From an uncultured Bacteroidales bacterium (GTDB taxonomy: Bacteria > Bacteroidota > Bacteroidia > Bacteroidales > FEN-979), in the NCBI GenBank assembly GCA_903916595.1, contig CAIWXI010000135.1, forward strand, positions 8,584 to 72,583: a stretch of DNA of 64,000 nt, read 5' to 3'. The translations under genes and the position numbers were made by a program. Below, in pieces: positions 18,581 through 27,756 of the stretch (positions within the stretch are counted from its first letter, which is position 1; each line of letters begins with the position of its first letter). The notes under the pieces were generated by a model. That model did not search any database. It was given only the letters and a program-made list of their open reading frames with translations, and was not told where the DNA came from.

Positions 18581-20623
18581 TTACCAGATTTTCACCCTTA
18601 GGCTGTCGGGTCTCCACATTGCATTTCCCTGCTTAATATTGAATGTAGCATAAAACTCAGGAATATCAGATAGAGGGCCGATGACCCTGAATTTCGCTGG
18701 TGAATGTTCATCGCTTCTTACCTGATTTGCAATAGCTTCCGGCCGCGAGTTGATCATCCATGCCAGTCCATACCCCAGGAAATATCTCTGGTCGGGATTC
18801 AGGCCTGAAATCAGAATCTTGTTTTTAAATTGCGAAGTTTTTTTAAAAGCTTCATAACCCATGATCACACCAGCCAGATCGGCAATGTTCTCTCCCTGGG
18901 TAAGCTCTCCGTTGATATGCAGATTGTCTACTGCAATATACCCGTTGAACTGCTCAACGATTAGTTTGGTTCTGGCAAAGAACCTGATGCTATCTTCTTT
19001 AGACCACCAGTTGTGCAGGTTGCCGTATTCATCATACTTGCAACCCTGGTCGTCAAAACCATGGGTTATCTCATGGCCGAATGTTGATCCCCCTATGATT
19101 GAATATAACAGAGCGTCATCCGCCATCACCCGTTCATAGCCTGGAACAATTATGTTACAGCCGGGAATCACGATCTCATTATTCGATGGATTATAGTACG
19201 CATTATAGGTCTGGGGTTCCATGTCCCATTCTGCACGGTCAACCGGTTTCCCGAATTTCGAGATGTTATAAGCAAACTCCCATTTGTTGGCATTCATGGC
19301 GTTTTTCACATACGAGCTGCGGTCGAACTGCAGAGAACTCAGATCTTTCCATTTGTCGGGGTATCCAACCTTGAGGATCACCGTGCCCAATTTTTTCAGC
19401 GCTTTTTGTTTGGTTGCATCGCTCATCCAGTCAAGGTTCTTGATTCTTTCTGAATATACATCCATGATAGCTTTTCCAATCTCCAGGAGTTTTTCCTTAG
19501 TGCCTTTCGGCAGATATTCAGCCACGTAAACCTGTCCGATTAACTCTCCGAGAGACTGGTCGGTCTGCTCAACAACTCTCTTCCACCTGGGTTTAGGCTC
19601 TTTCACACCCCTTAGCACCGTTGAATAAAAACTGAACGATTCGAGGTAGGTCTCGTCGTCAAGGTATCGAGAAAGACTCCTGATGAGCTGAAACTTCAGG
19701 TAGTTCTTCCAATCAGCAAGAGGAAAGGATTTAAGATACCCGTTTTCGGCAGCCAGGAACTCCGGCTGGCCTGTGATAACAGTATCAACATTTGACAATC
19801 CGGCGTTTTGAACGAAAAGGTCCCAATCAAAATTTGGCATTGAAATTTTTAGCTTTGCAAATGGAATTTTATTGTAATTCTTCAGTGGATCGCGGGTGTC
19901 CTCACGTTTCCGGGATACTTTGGCCAGCGCGGTTTCCAGTTTCATGTTGCGCTCTGCTGCATGTGTTGCGGCAGCTTCGGTATACCCCATGAGTTTATAC
20001 ATTCTGGCAAGATGCTCTGTGAATTTTTCCCGTATCATCACAGCTCTGGGATCTTTGTCAAAATAAAAACTACGATCGGGCAGGCTCAGACCTCCCTGGC
20101 TGATAAAAATGGCATGTTTGCTGCTGATTCTGTCGTCCTGCCCTACATAAAAACGGAAAAGAGGGGAGCCGGCGACCGAATGGACATAAGCGGCTTCAGA
20201 CACTAAACCTTTAGTATCCTTAATCGCATCAATGCGGTCTAAATCCTCTTTCAGGCTGGCAAGTCCCTTGATATTGAGGTCCAGGCTGTCCATCCCTGAA
20301 TAGAAAAAATCTCCTATTTTCTGCTTGTTACTTCCTTTGGGTGCGTCGTTAAGAGCGGCGGAAGTTTCACAGATATTGAGTATCTGGGCGTTGATAGTAT
20401 CCTGGATAAGTTGCCAGAGGCCGTTAGATTGTTCGCTGGGAGGAATCGGATTTGCCTTGAACCATTTCCCGTTTGCGAACAGAAAAAAATCATCGCCCGC
20501 CTGTACAGTTGAATCGATATGTGACACAAGGGCATCTGAGCCGCCGGGGCTCTTGCCTGGTTTGCATGAAACAATAGTTATAACAAAAGCCAGTAAGGCT
20601 AGCAGGCGTATGATTTTCTTCAT
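18581..20623 (-). CDS. M13 family metallopeptidase (PepO / endothelin-converting-enzyme-like) lipoprotein
   Basis: Has HEITHGFD (HExxH) and ENIADLAG (ExxxD). Lipobox IVSCKPG. I place the start at the ATG at 20623 (MKKIIRLLALL). Confidence 0.9.
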   Translation of the reverse strand: MKKIIRLLALLAFVITIVSCKPGKSPGGSDALVSHIDSTVQAGDDFFLFANGKWFKANPIPPSEQSNGLWQLIQDTINAQILNICETSAALNDAPKGSNKQKIGDFFYSGMDSLDLNIKGLASLKEDLDRIDAIKDTKGLVSEAAYVHSVAGSPLFRFYVGQDDRISSKHAIFISQGGLSLPDRSFYFDKDPRAVMIREKFTEHLARMYKLMGYTEAAATHAAERNMKLETALAKVSRKREDTRDPLKNYNKIPFAKLKISMPNFDWDLFVQNAGLSNVDTVITGQPEFLAAENGYLKSFPLADWKNYLKFQLIRSLSRYLDDETYLESFSFYSTVLRGVKEPKPRWKRVVEQTDQSLGELIGQVYVAEYLPKGTKEKLLEIGKAIMDVYSERIKNLDWMSDATKQKALKKLGTVILKVGYPDKWKDLSSLQFDRSSYVKNAMNANKWEFAYNISKFGKPVDRAEWDMEPQTYNAYYNPSNNEIVIPGCNIIVPGYERVMADDALLYSIIGGSTFGHEITHGFDDQGCKYDEYGNLHNWWSKEDSIRFFARTKLIVEQFNGYIAVDNLHINGELTQGENIADLAGVIMGYEAFKKTSQFKNKILISGLNPDQRYFLGYGLAWMINSRPEAIANQVRSDEHSPAKFRVIGPLSDIPEFYATFNIKQGNAMWRPDSLRVKIW

Positions 20624-20667
20624 TACGTGTCTTTTAGTCCACGGCTGCCACAATCAATTTCTTTGCC

Positions 20668-21225
20668 CTATACAGGTGCAATCAGGAGCTGAACGGTTCC
20701 GTCGAGGAACATACCGACAGTAACAGCGGGCAAAGGCCCGTTCAGAACAGCGTAAAGCCGAATATAAAAACTGGGCTGTGAGAGATAAGGACGGATGTTT
20801 AAGTTGTTTAATGTAACAAATACTGTTTTTGCATTCGGATCGGTATTTGTTACGTTGCCAATCTCATTCTGAGGATCGAAATTCTGGTTTGCGGAAATGA
20901 CAGCCCGCATCGAACTAAGCCAATGGAAAGTTGAGTCGGCCGGCACGTTAATAGTTACCGAAAGTGAAGTAAATGTAGTAGTCTGAATAATCCCTGAGGG
21001 CAGGCCATTGGCATTCAGGATACTGTCAAGATTTACCGTCACCATACCGGAATAAAGGATTACTTCTCCCGTTTTTAGCTTGGTCTCGGAGTATGTGAAA
21101 TGCTGACGGGGCATTTTCATAGTAACATTAACAGAGGTCAGTTCCTTGACCTTGTTACAGGAAGTGAGATATACCAGGGGAACGGCAATCAATATAAGCA
21201 AAGAAATAAAAATGCGGGTTTTCAT
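20668..21225 (-). CDS. Hypothetical lipoprotein
   Basis: The ATG at 21225 gives MKTRIFISLLILIAVPLVYLTSC. No family recognised. Confidence 0.5.
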   Translation of the reverse strand: MKTRIFISLLILIAVPLVYLTSCNKVKELTSVNVTMKMPRQHFTYSETKLKTGEVILYSGMVTVNLDSILNANGLPSGIIQTTTFTSLSVTINVPADSTFHWLSSMRAVISANQNFDPQNEIGNVTNTDPNAKTVFVTLNNLNIRPYLSQPSFYIRLYAVLNGPLPAVTVGMFLDGTVQLLIAPV

Positions 21226-21299
21226 ATGAAAGGATTTTGAGGTTATACAAAAACTAAATTGAGGGATCAAAGATAGGTAAAATTCATGGTAAAAGCAAA

Positions 21300-22454
21300 T
21301 TATTTTATAGTATACTGTCGTTTCCCGTTTTTATAGACTACGATGAATGCATCATGTATCCCTTTTTTATTCATTATTTCTTTTATATCGATCGCACATT
21401 GCTGGTTAAGGCATCGGCCAACGATAAACCTTTCCACGTCTCCATCCTTTTCCAATCTTATCACTTCCGAAATTTGATATTTTTTTCTGAGATACGCCAC
21501 CGTATACTTATGATGGCTAAAAGCAAAGATCTGTACTGCATAGGAAATCGTCTCCCGGGATATAACAGGCTCTGCCCGGGATTTAGCCGGATTTGCCTGG
21601 GATTTAGCCGGCTCTGCCCGGGGAATATCAGGAGGAGGAGAATACGCCGGACTGTAAGCGGGGGTATATACCGGATATGAAACCGGATATTCTGCGGGCT
21701 GCATCTGCATACTCTTAGGTGGTTTGCCAGAGCGACCCTTTGCCATGCCTGTGCCAAGGTTGAAAGAGATATTCAGAGCCACGTAATTCACCACATCATA
21801 AGGATATCCGGCAACGGCATTGTCGAGTTTGTCAGAAAAATAGGTCTTATAGCTATACTCCAACCCGAGGTTAAGCCGGTTTCCTATCCTGTAATAACAT
21901 CCCAGACCGGCAGGAATTACAAAGGCTACATTGAAATTACTAAGCGGATTGTCGATTGCCAGGGAGTCATAGTTATATACTTTGTTTGTTAGTTTTGAAT
22001 ACCACCCGCCATACCCCATCCCCAGAATTCCATAAACGAAAAACTTCCGGGCAGGCCGTTGTCCAAAAAACAGGTTCGAGAAATTAATAACCATATGAAG
22101 ATCTCCTTCAAGGATAATTCCTGTAAAGGAATCCTCAACTACCGCTCCGCTTTTTTCCCAGGTCCTGATTCCTCCGTTTAGGATCCCGGTGAACAATGAT
22201 ATACGGAAGCCAAAAACTTCAGAGAAATAGTACTGCCCGAACAAACTGGCAGCAAGTCCGGTGGAGCGTTTGAAGGTAAAGTTCCCGATGTTCAGGTCCC
22301 CATGATATATTGCAGGACCAAAGGTAAGCCCGAACTGGCCAGTATTGGAAAGCACGGCATTGTATCCCTTACTTACAGGTTGCGGCTGGGTATATCCGTT
22401 TGAGCCGGAGATGAACAAAAACATGAGCAGGGCTATTCCCGGCTTAAATCTCAT
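21300..22454 (-). CDS. Outer-membrane beta-barrel protein with Pro-rich linker and C-terminal SPOR domain
   Basis: Signal peptide begins at the ATG at 22454. It is followed by a barrel-like N-terminal half and a linker, YPVSYPVYTPAYSPAYSPPPDIPRAEPAKSQANPAKSRAEPV. The C-terminus (YAVQIFAFSHHKYTVAYLRKKY...RFIVGRC...) is SPOR-like. Confidence 0.7.
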   Translation of the reverse strand: MRFKPGIALLMFLFISGSNGYTQPQPVSKGYNAVLSNTGQFGLTFGPAIYHGDLNIGNFTFKRSTGLAASLFGQYYFSEVFGFRISLFTGILNGGIRTWEKSGAVVEDSFTGIILEGDLHMVINFSNLFFGQRPARKFFVYGILGMGYGGWYSKLTNKVYNYDSLAIDNPLSNFNVAFVIPAGLGCYYRIGNRLNLGLEYSYKTYFSDKLDNAVAGYPYDVVNYVALNISFNLGTGMAKGRSGKPPKSMQMQPAEYPVSYPVYTPAYSPAYSPPPDIPRAEPAKSQANPAKSRAEPVISRETISYAVQIFAFSHHKYTVAYLRKKYQISEVIRLEKDGDVERFIVGRCLNQQCAIDIKEIMNKKGIHDAFIVVYKNGKRQYTIK

Positions 22455-22588
22455 AATGCGTAGGTTGAAAGCTTGTAAAAGTAAGGCCAAATTAGTAAGG
22501 TAATGTTGCATGATCAGCATTTTTTTGAACAGTCACTTGTGAGTTTATTTTGCCATCTTCATGGCTTTCTATAGAAAAGCAGTATATT

Positions 22589-22596
22589 TACGTTTG
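22589..22596 (+). promoter_or_regulatory. -7 box TACGTTTG
   Basis: Matches TAnnTTTG and lies 18 nt upstream of the ATG at 22614. Confidence 0.45.
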
Positions 22597-22613
22597 GAGA
22601 TAACAGATATACT

Positions 22614-23405
22614 ATGGCATATACGAGATTTAAAAACAAAGAGATCCATTATACCGATAAAGGGAGAGGAGACACAATCGTTCTATTGCACGGGTTCACC
22701 GAGGATCTCAGGATATGGAAACATTTTTCTGCAAAACTTTCGAAGAGCTACAGAGTGATCTGCATTGACCTTCCCGGCCATGGAAAAAGTGAATGTATCG
22801 CTGGAACACATACCATGGAACTCCTCGCAGATTCGACATCCGCAGTCCTTGAAAACCTTAAAATAAAACAATGCCTGCTCATAGGGCATTCCATGGGAGG
22901 TTTTGTAACTCTCGCCTTTGCGTCAAAATACCCGGGGATGCTGAAAGGTTTCGTGTTGTTTCATTCCCATTGTTTTGCCGATTCGCCGGATGATAAGCGA
23001 AATCGCAGCCGCACTATAGAGTTGGTAAGAAAGGATCGGTTCAGTTTTCTTTCCATGTTTATTCCGGGTCTTTTCCCTGAAGATGTACGCGAAAAATTCA
23101 GCAAGGAAATAGAATTTCTTAAGTGGTGTGCGGGGGAGATTCCCCGTGAAGGAATTATAGCAGCTTTGAAAGGAATGCAGGAACGCGGGGATCAGACAGC
23201 CCTTCTGAGGTCGACAAAACTTCCGGTTCTGTTTATTCTGGGATTAAAGGATTCCAGAGCTCCGGTAGCAAAGTTGTGGGACATGATCTCTCTGCCAGTT
23301 GTAAGCGAAAGCCTTATTCTGCGCGACTGCGGGCATATGGGATACATTGAAGCGCCTGAAGTGACACTCAAAACTGTGAAAAATTTTGCAAGAAAGGTTT
23401 TCTGA
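22614..23405 (+). CDS. Alpha/beta hydrolase
   Basis: 263 aa. Has the HG oxyanion motif (LLHGF), the nucleophile elbow GHSMGG and a C-terminal catalytic His (CGHMG). Confidence 0.85.
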   Translation: MAYTRFKNKEIHYTDKGRGDTIVLLHGFTEDLRIWKHFSAKLSKSYRVICIDLPGHGKSECIAGTHTMELLADSTSAVLENLKIKQCLLIGHSMGGFVTLAFASKYPGMLKGFVLFHSHCFADSPDDKRNRSRTIELVRKDRFSFLSMFIPGLFPEDVREKFSKEIEFLKWCAGEIPREGIIAALKGMQERGDQTALLRSTKLPVLFILGLKDSRAPVAKLWDMISLPVVSESLILRDCGHMGYIEAPEVTLKTVKNFARKVF

Positions 23406-23453
23406 TGAATACCGGGAGGTGGTGTCAGGCTCGGGTGAGCTGCATTAATAATT

Positions 23454-24125
23454 CTAGAATGTGAAACCCAGCCTGAACAGGAATAGCTGCTGGTAGGCCA
23501 TTATGGGAGTAAGATATTCGGTGATGATTGCGGTGGTTTTACCGTAAATTGTAGATGTAGCATTGTACACCCAGTAATGATTTTCGCCTGAAACCGACCA
23601 GATTGAAAAATCGACGGAGGCATATAGCCCGAAACGCTTATAGATCTTTGCGTTAACACCGATCTCAAGGTTTGCAAACAGCCCCCCCCTGAGGTAGGTA
23701 TCGTAATTGTAATAATAGTTCCATGCATAGGGCGGGTATACCCATTTCATCCATTCTTCCATCTGCGACGAGGGTGTGTTAATAAGTACTTTATATCCAC
23801 CCTGAATTGCGATAACAGGTGAAAATCTCGTCTTTAGCACGGTGTATCTCAATTCTGCAAATACAGGTAAAAGTGTAAAATTGGCCTTATAATAGCTGTA
23901 GGTAGGCAGATTCCTGAGACGTTCAATGCCGACGCCTCCTCCAAGACCCAGGTGAGGATTGAATTTATATCCGAAAACAGTCTGCATTCCGCTGAACAAA
24001 TTCCCCTTCCAGCTTACAATCGCAAAGCTTGTGTTATTATACAGGCCCTGGGCAAATGTACCCGGGTTTGCAGCGCCTGTAAAGAGAAACAGGGCGATCA
24101 CAATCTTATAGATTAACTTTTTCAT
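23454..24125 (-). CDS. Hypothetical outer-membrane beta-barrel protein
   Basis: Signal peptide begins at the ATG at 24125. The protein is aromatic-rich with a strand pattern and ends in a C-terminal Phe (RLGFTF). Confidence 0.55.
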   Translation of the reverse strand: MKKLIYKIVIALFLFTGAANPGTFAQGLYNNTSFAIVSWKGNLFSGMQTVFGYKFNPHLGLGGGVGIERLRNLPTYSYYKANFTLLPVFAELRYTVLKTRFSPVIAIQGGYKVLINTPSSQMEEWMKWVYPPYAWNYYYNYDTYLRGGLFANLEIGVNAKIYKRFGLYASVDFSIWSVSGENHYWVYNATSTIYGKTTAIITEYLTPIMAYQQLFLFRLGFTF

Positions 24126-24139
24126 ACTGTTTTCTGCCA

Positions 24140-24994
24140 TCACATGATCTGCCCAAAAGGCCTGACTACGCTTTCAACGCCGAGATTCACTTCGCTTGAA
24201 TCATGCATTTTTTCAAAAATAATAAAAGTATGTTTATTCAGAAGGTTTCTGGCGCTGAGATTGATTCTGAGCTGTTCAAGGTAAACTTCTTTTTTAACCT
24301 GCATCGCGATCCCCGGGTTTTTTTTCAGGTTCCTGTAATACCTCAGCCATGAACTCATCCAAATGAGGGGATAGAAGAAAGGAAACAGTGCCAGGGAGCC
24401 TTTGCTCAGTCTCATGTAACGTATTTCTTTGATCCTGAATCCGCTGAGTTTGGCCAGTATCCTGAGCTTTTGCAGCCCTATCATAAAAATATGCCCGTGG
24501 TAAATCTCCTTACTTCCCGAATGGTCGGCCATCCATATATCGTCAATTTCATTCGGGGGCATCTGTTTATTTGTCTCGCTCTCGAACAGGAGGTAACTTA
24601 ACTTTGCCGAGAGATTGGAATAGCTGGGAGTAGTAAGAAGCAGCCTGCCGTGTTTTTTCAGCACACGGTTAATCTCCCTGAATGTGCGCGCCTGATCGCT
24701 GAAATGCTCTATGCCTTCCTGACAAGTTACCCAGTCGGCGTAACCGTTTGGCAGCGGGATACTTTCGGTAATGTCGGCTCGTTTACACTCCATTTCCTTC
24801 AGCATGAAATATTCGGGAAACAGGTCGAAGGCCTCAACATCGGCCCCGGCCCCGAGCAGTATCTCGGTAGTAGCTCCGTTACCCGCCGGAATGTCAATAA
24901 CCTTTCTGCCTTTTAGTTGGTCTTTAATCCCTTCAAAGTATTTCCTTACATAGTATTTCTGACTTTTTGGATTATAAATGTGCGAATCGATCAT
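24140..24994 (-). CDS. Class I SAM-dependent methyltransferase
   Basis: 284 aa. Motif I-like VIDIPAGNG. Its stop overlaps the track start (24143) of the downstream barrel gene by 4 nt. Confidence 0.7.
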   Translation of the reverse strand: MIDSHIYNPKSQKYYVRKYFEGIKDQLKGRKVIDIPAGNGATTEILLGAGADVEAFDLFPEYFMLKEMECKRADITESIPLPNGYADWVTCQEGIEHFSDQARTFREINRVLKKHGRLLLTTPSYSNLSAKLSYLLFESETNKQMPPNEIDDIWMADHSGSKEIYHGHIFMIGLQKLRILAKLSGFRIKEIRYMRLSKGSLALFPFFYPLIWMSSWLRYYRNLKKNPGIAMQVKKEVYLEQLRINLSARNLLNKHTFIIFEKMHDSSEVNLGVESVVRPFGQIM

Positions 24995-25097
24995 GAGTTT
25001 CTATCTGGTTTAATGCTATCTGTCCCCGTTCTTTCACGTATGGATAGCGCAAAATTAAAGTAAAAACCTCATTATTATTGAAAAGCAGATGGTTTTG

Positions 25098-25778
25098 TTA
25101 CCCAAAAAGTTCAATTGGATTTCCTTGTTTTTGTATTCTGCCCTTTTCAATGATATAAACATAGTCAGACAGTTTAACAACTTCAGCCTTATCATGACTA
25201 ACCAATAAAGTTGTAGCATGAAAATTTTTATGTGCCTGAAATAGCTCAGATTGCAGAATGTCTCTGGTCTCGCTGTCGAGCGATGATAAAGGCTCATCTA
25301 GTAATAAGATCCGTGGCTTTTGCGCTAAGGCTCTTGCAACTGCCAGGCGCTGTTGCTGCCCGCCAGAAAGTTTATCAGGTTTTCTCTGGCACAGACCTTT
25401 GAGATGAAAAGTGTCTAATAATTCTGAAACATAGCCTTGCTCTATTTGCGGCTGGGCATATAAAAGATGCTCTTTAACAGTCATATTCGGGAACAAGGCA
25501 TAATCCTGAAACACGAATCCAATATTTCGTTGCTGAGGTTTGATGTTTATTTTCTTTGTGCTGTCGAACCAAATCTCATTTCCGACTTTAACATATCCGC
25601 TATCGGGTTTTATTAAGCCTGCGATGATCCGTAAAAGAGTTGTTTTTCCAACACCTGATTTACCGAAAAGAGTAACAAAGCCATATTCAGGAATTGTCAA
25701 ACCTATATCGAGGATCTCATTGCCATCCGCGGTATGTATTGTTTTCTTAATGGATAGTTCGATCAGAATCTTTTCCAT
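25098..25778 (-). CDS. modC: Molybdate ABC transporter ATP-binding protein (short form, no C-terminal regulatory domain)
   Basis: Has Walker A GKSGVGKT, the signature LSGGQQQR and Walker B LLLDEP. At 226 aa it is the ATPase core only. Assigned by context with modA and modB. Confidence 0.75.
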   Translation of the reverse strand: MEKILIELSIKKTIHTADGNEILDIGLTIPEYGFVTLFGKSGVGKTTLLRIIAGLIKPDSGYVKVGNEIWFDSTKKINIKPQQRNIGFVFQDYALFPNMTVKEHLLYAQPQIEQGYVSELLDTFHLKGLCQRKPDKLSGGQQQRLAVARALAQKPRILLLDEPLSSLDSETRDILQSELFQAHKNFHATTLLVSHDKAEVVKLSDYVYIIEKGRIQKQGNPIELFG

Positions 25779-26443
25779 TTCAGGGGTTCAGGGTTTACGC
25801 TATAAATTACGAGGAGAATCAGGAAGCTGAATAAGAATAAAAATAATGCATAATTATTTGCCGTGTCGAAATTCAGAGCCTGAACTTCGTCATACACGGC
25901 CAGCGAAGCTACTCTTGTTTTGCCAGGAATATTTCCTCCGATCATAAGGATTACACCAAACTCGCCGATAGTATGAGCGAAAGTCAGGCATATTCCTGTA
26001 ACCAACGAGGGTTTCATATTAGGCAATAATACTCTGAACAGGGTTGTGGATCTTGATTTTCCGATTGTATAGGAGGCATCTTTAAGTGAGACAGGCAGAT
26101 TCGAGAAGCCGTTCTGTATGGAATTTACCATGAATGGCAGATTAAAAATCACAGACCCGATAAGTATTCCGGTGAATGAAAATGCGAGCCGCAGATTAAA
26201 CCAATGGTTCAGAAAATTACCTAACCAATAATTCGGGCTGAAAGAAAGGAGCAGATAGAACCCCAGAACTGAGGGGGGTAAGACCAGGGGCATACTTACC
26301 AGGGCTTGTAAAACAATTTTTAACCGAAAGGATGAGTATGTAAGAAAATAGGCAACAGGTATTCCGGCACAAAATAAAATAATGGTTGTTAGTGAGGCAA
26401 GTTTTAATGAAATCCAGAAAGTTTGAAAAAAGACAGCATCCAT
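25763..26443 (-). CDS. modB: Molybdate ABC transporter permease
   Basis: 226 aa. Polytopic membrane protein with an EAA-like loop (ASYTIGKSRSTTLFRVLLP). Overlaps modC by 16 nt. Confidence 0.8.
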   Translation of the reverse strand: MDAVFFQTFWISLKLASLTTIILFCAGIPVAYFLTYSSFRLKIVLQALVSMPLVLPPSVLGFYLLLSFSPNYWLGNFLNHWFNLRLAFSFTGILIGSVIFNLPFMVNSIQNGFSNLPVSLKDASYTIGKSRSTTLFRVLLPNMKPSLVTGICLTFAHTIGEFGVILMIGGNIPGKTRVASLAVYDEVQALNFDTANNYALFLFLFSFLILLVIYSVNPEPLKWKRF

Positions 26444-26452
26444 TGCAAAAAA

Positions 26453-27238
26453 TTATTTTTCGTCAGGCAAAGTAAAACCATATTTGCCGAATATCATTCT
26501 GGCTTTTTCTGTTTCTATGAATTGTATAAATTTAATAACATCTTTGCTGGTTTCTGATTTTTTAATGATAACGTATGCCTGCTCTAACTTCGCGTAACTT
26601 TTTTCATCAATAATGAAACAGCTTCCTTTGCCTGTCATTTCAGGTGAAAGTGCCAGTGAAAGCGCAATCAGACCTGCTTCTGCGTTTCCGGTTAATACGA
26701 ACTGGGCAGCCTGAGAAACGTTTTCTCCTTCCACAATTTTATCTTTGACCTGATCATAAAGATGATAGTATTTCAAACATTCAACCGCTCGTTTTCCGTA
26801 AGGAGCCACTCTGGGATTAGCGATAGCTATGGACTTTACGTCCATATTTTTTAGCGATTCAATAGTATTGGAAATTTCCGGTCTTGTACTCCATAACACA
26901 AGGTGTCCGATCGCATAGAGTTTGGGCTTGCTTAATGTTAAATTCAGAGAATCAAGTTTTTTGGGATATGAAATATCCGCAGAAAAGAAAACATTAAACG
27001 GCGCCTGATTAACTATTTGTTGATACAGGTTTCCTGAAGAACCATAGATTACGTCAATGCTGATTTCCGGATTTGATTTTCGGAATTCATTCTTCAGTTC
27101 ATCCATTGCAAACCGCAGATCTGCCGCAGCGGCAACAGTGATTATTTGTGCGTATGAATGGCTGGTTAGAAGAATGCTGAAAAAATAAATAATCAGGAGT
27201 TTATTTTTTAACAGATTTCCATAATCACGGTATCTCAT
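26453..27238 (-). CDS. modA: Molybdate ABC transporter substrate-binding protein
   Basis: 261 aa. Signal peptide, then ModA-type sequence (ITVAAAADL...YGSSG...FFSAD...NP.VAPYG). Confidence 0.8.
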   Translation of the reverse strand: MRYRDYGNLLKNKLLIIYFFSILLTSHSYAQIITVAAAADLRFAMDELKNEFRKSNPEISIDVIYGSSGNLYQQIVNQAPFNVFFSADISYPKKLDSLNLTLSKPKLYAIGHLVLWSTRPEISNTIESLKNMDVKSIAIANPRVAPYGKRAVECLKYYHLYDQVKDKIVEGENVSQAAQFVLTGNAEAGLIALSLALSPEMTGKGSCFIIDEKSYAKLEQAYVIIKKSETSKDVIKFIQFIETEKARMIFGKYGFTLPDEK

Positions 27239-27387
27239 TTTTGGATGGGTTTAGGTAAATTAGTGTAGAATTTTCAGGATGATTTTATTCTAAAATACCT
27301 GATGGATGTCAATTTGCAATCAAATTTCTTAAAATATTCAACAAATCCCACTGAATGAATTGCATATCCCATATATGGTAATTGTTT

Positions 27388-27756
27388 TTAGGAGGTATAG
27401 GTATGGTAGATTGCAGAAATGGAGATATATTGGGAAAAGTAGTTATTTTTCGTACACTCGGCCTTTGTCAACTGATCCGGGGCTGATAATGATGTGTTAA
27501 TGAAAACTCCAAGTTTCGCCTCAGTCACCGATAAATCCTGCTGGCGGGCAGCATCAGTAGACTTCAAAACAGGATGACACATCCAATTATTCGGATCACT
27601 GTAACTAATTGTTTGAGCAAATGATGTAGAAAATGCCGCAAAAACCAAGAGGAGAAAAAAAAGTACAGGCGAGGTAAAAACTGAATTAATCGTTTTAACA
27701 GAACTTCTGTAGAATTTCGGCAGTAAAAGGACCTGGTTTTTTTTCATTTTTTTCAT
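27388..27756 (-). CDS. Hypothetical small membrane-anchored protein (possibly a gene remnant)
   Basis: 122 aa with one hydrophobic segment. Its start overlaps the upstream TPR gene stop by 1 nt. The 3' part is AT-rich. Confidence 0.35.
   Translation of the reverse strand: MKKMKKNQVLLLPKFYRSSVKTINSVFTSPVLFFLLLVFAAFSTSFAQTISYSDPNNWMCHPVLKSTDAARQQDLSVTEAKLGVFINTSLSAPDQLTKAECTKNNYFSQYISISAIYHTYTS

Noticed and set aside
27239-27387. Possible molybdenum-cofactor riboswitch upstream of modA
   Set aside because: I could not find the conserved Moco-motif helices or any convincing structure by eye. It needs a covariance-model scan before any claim.
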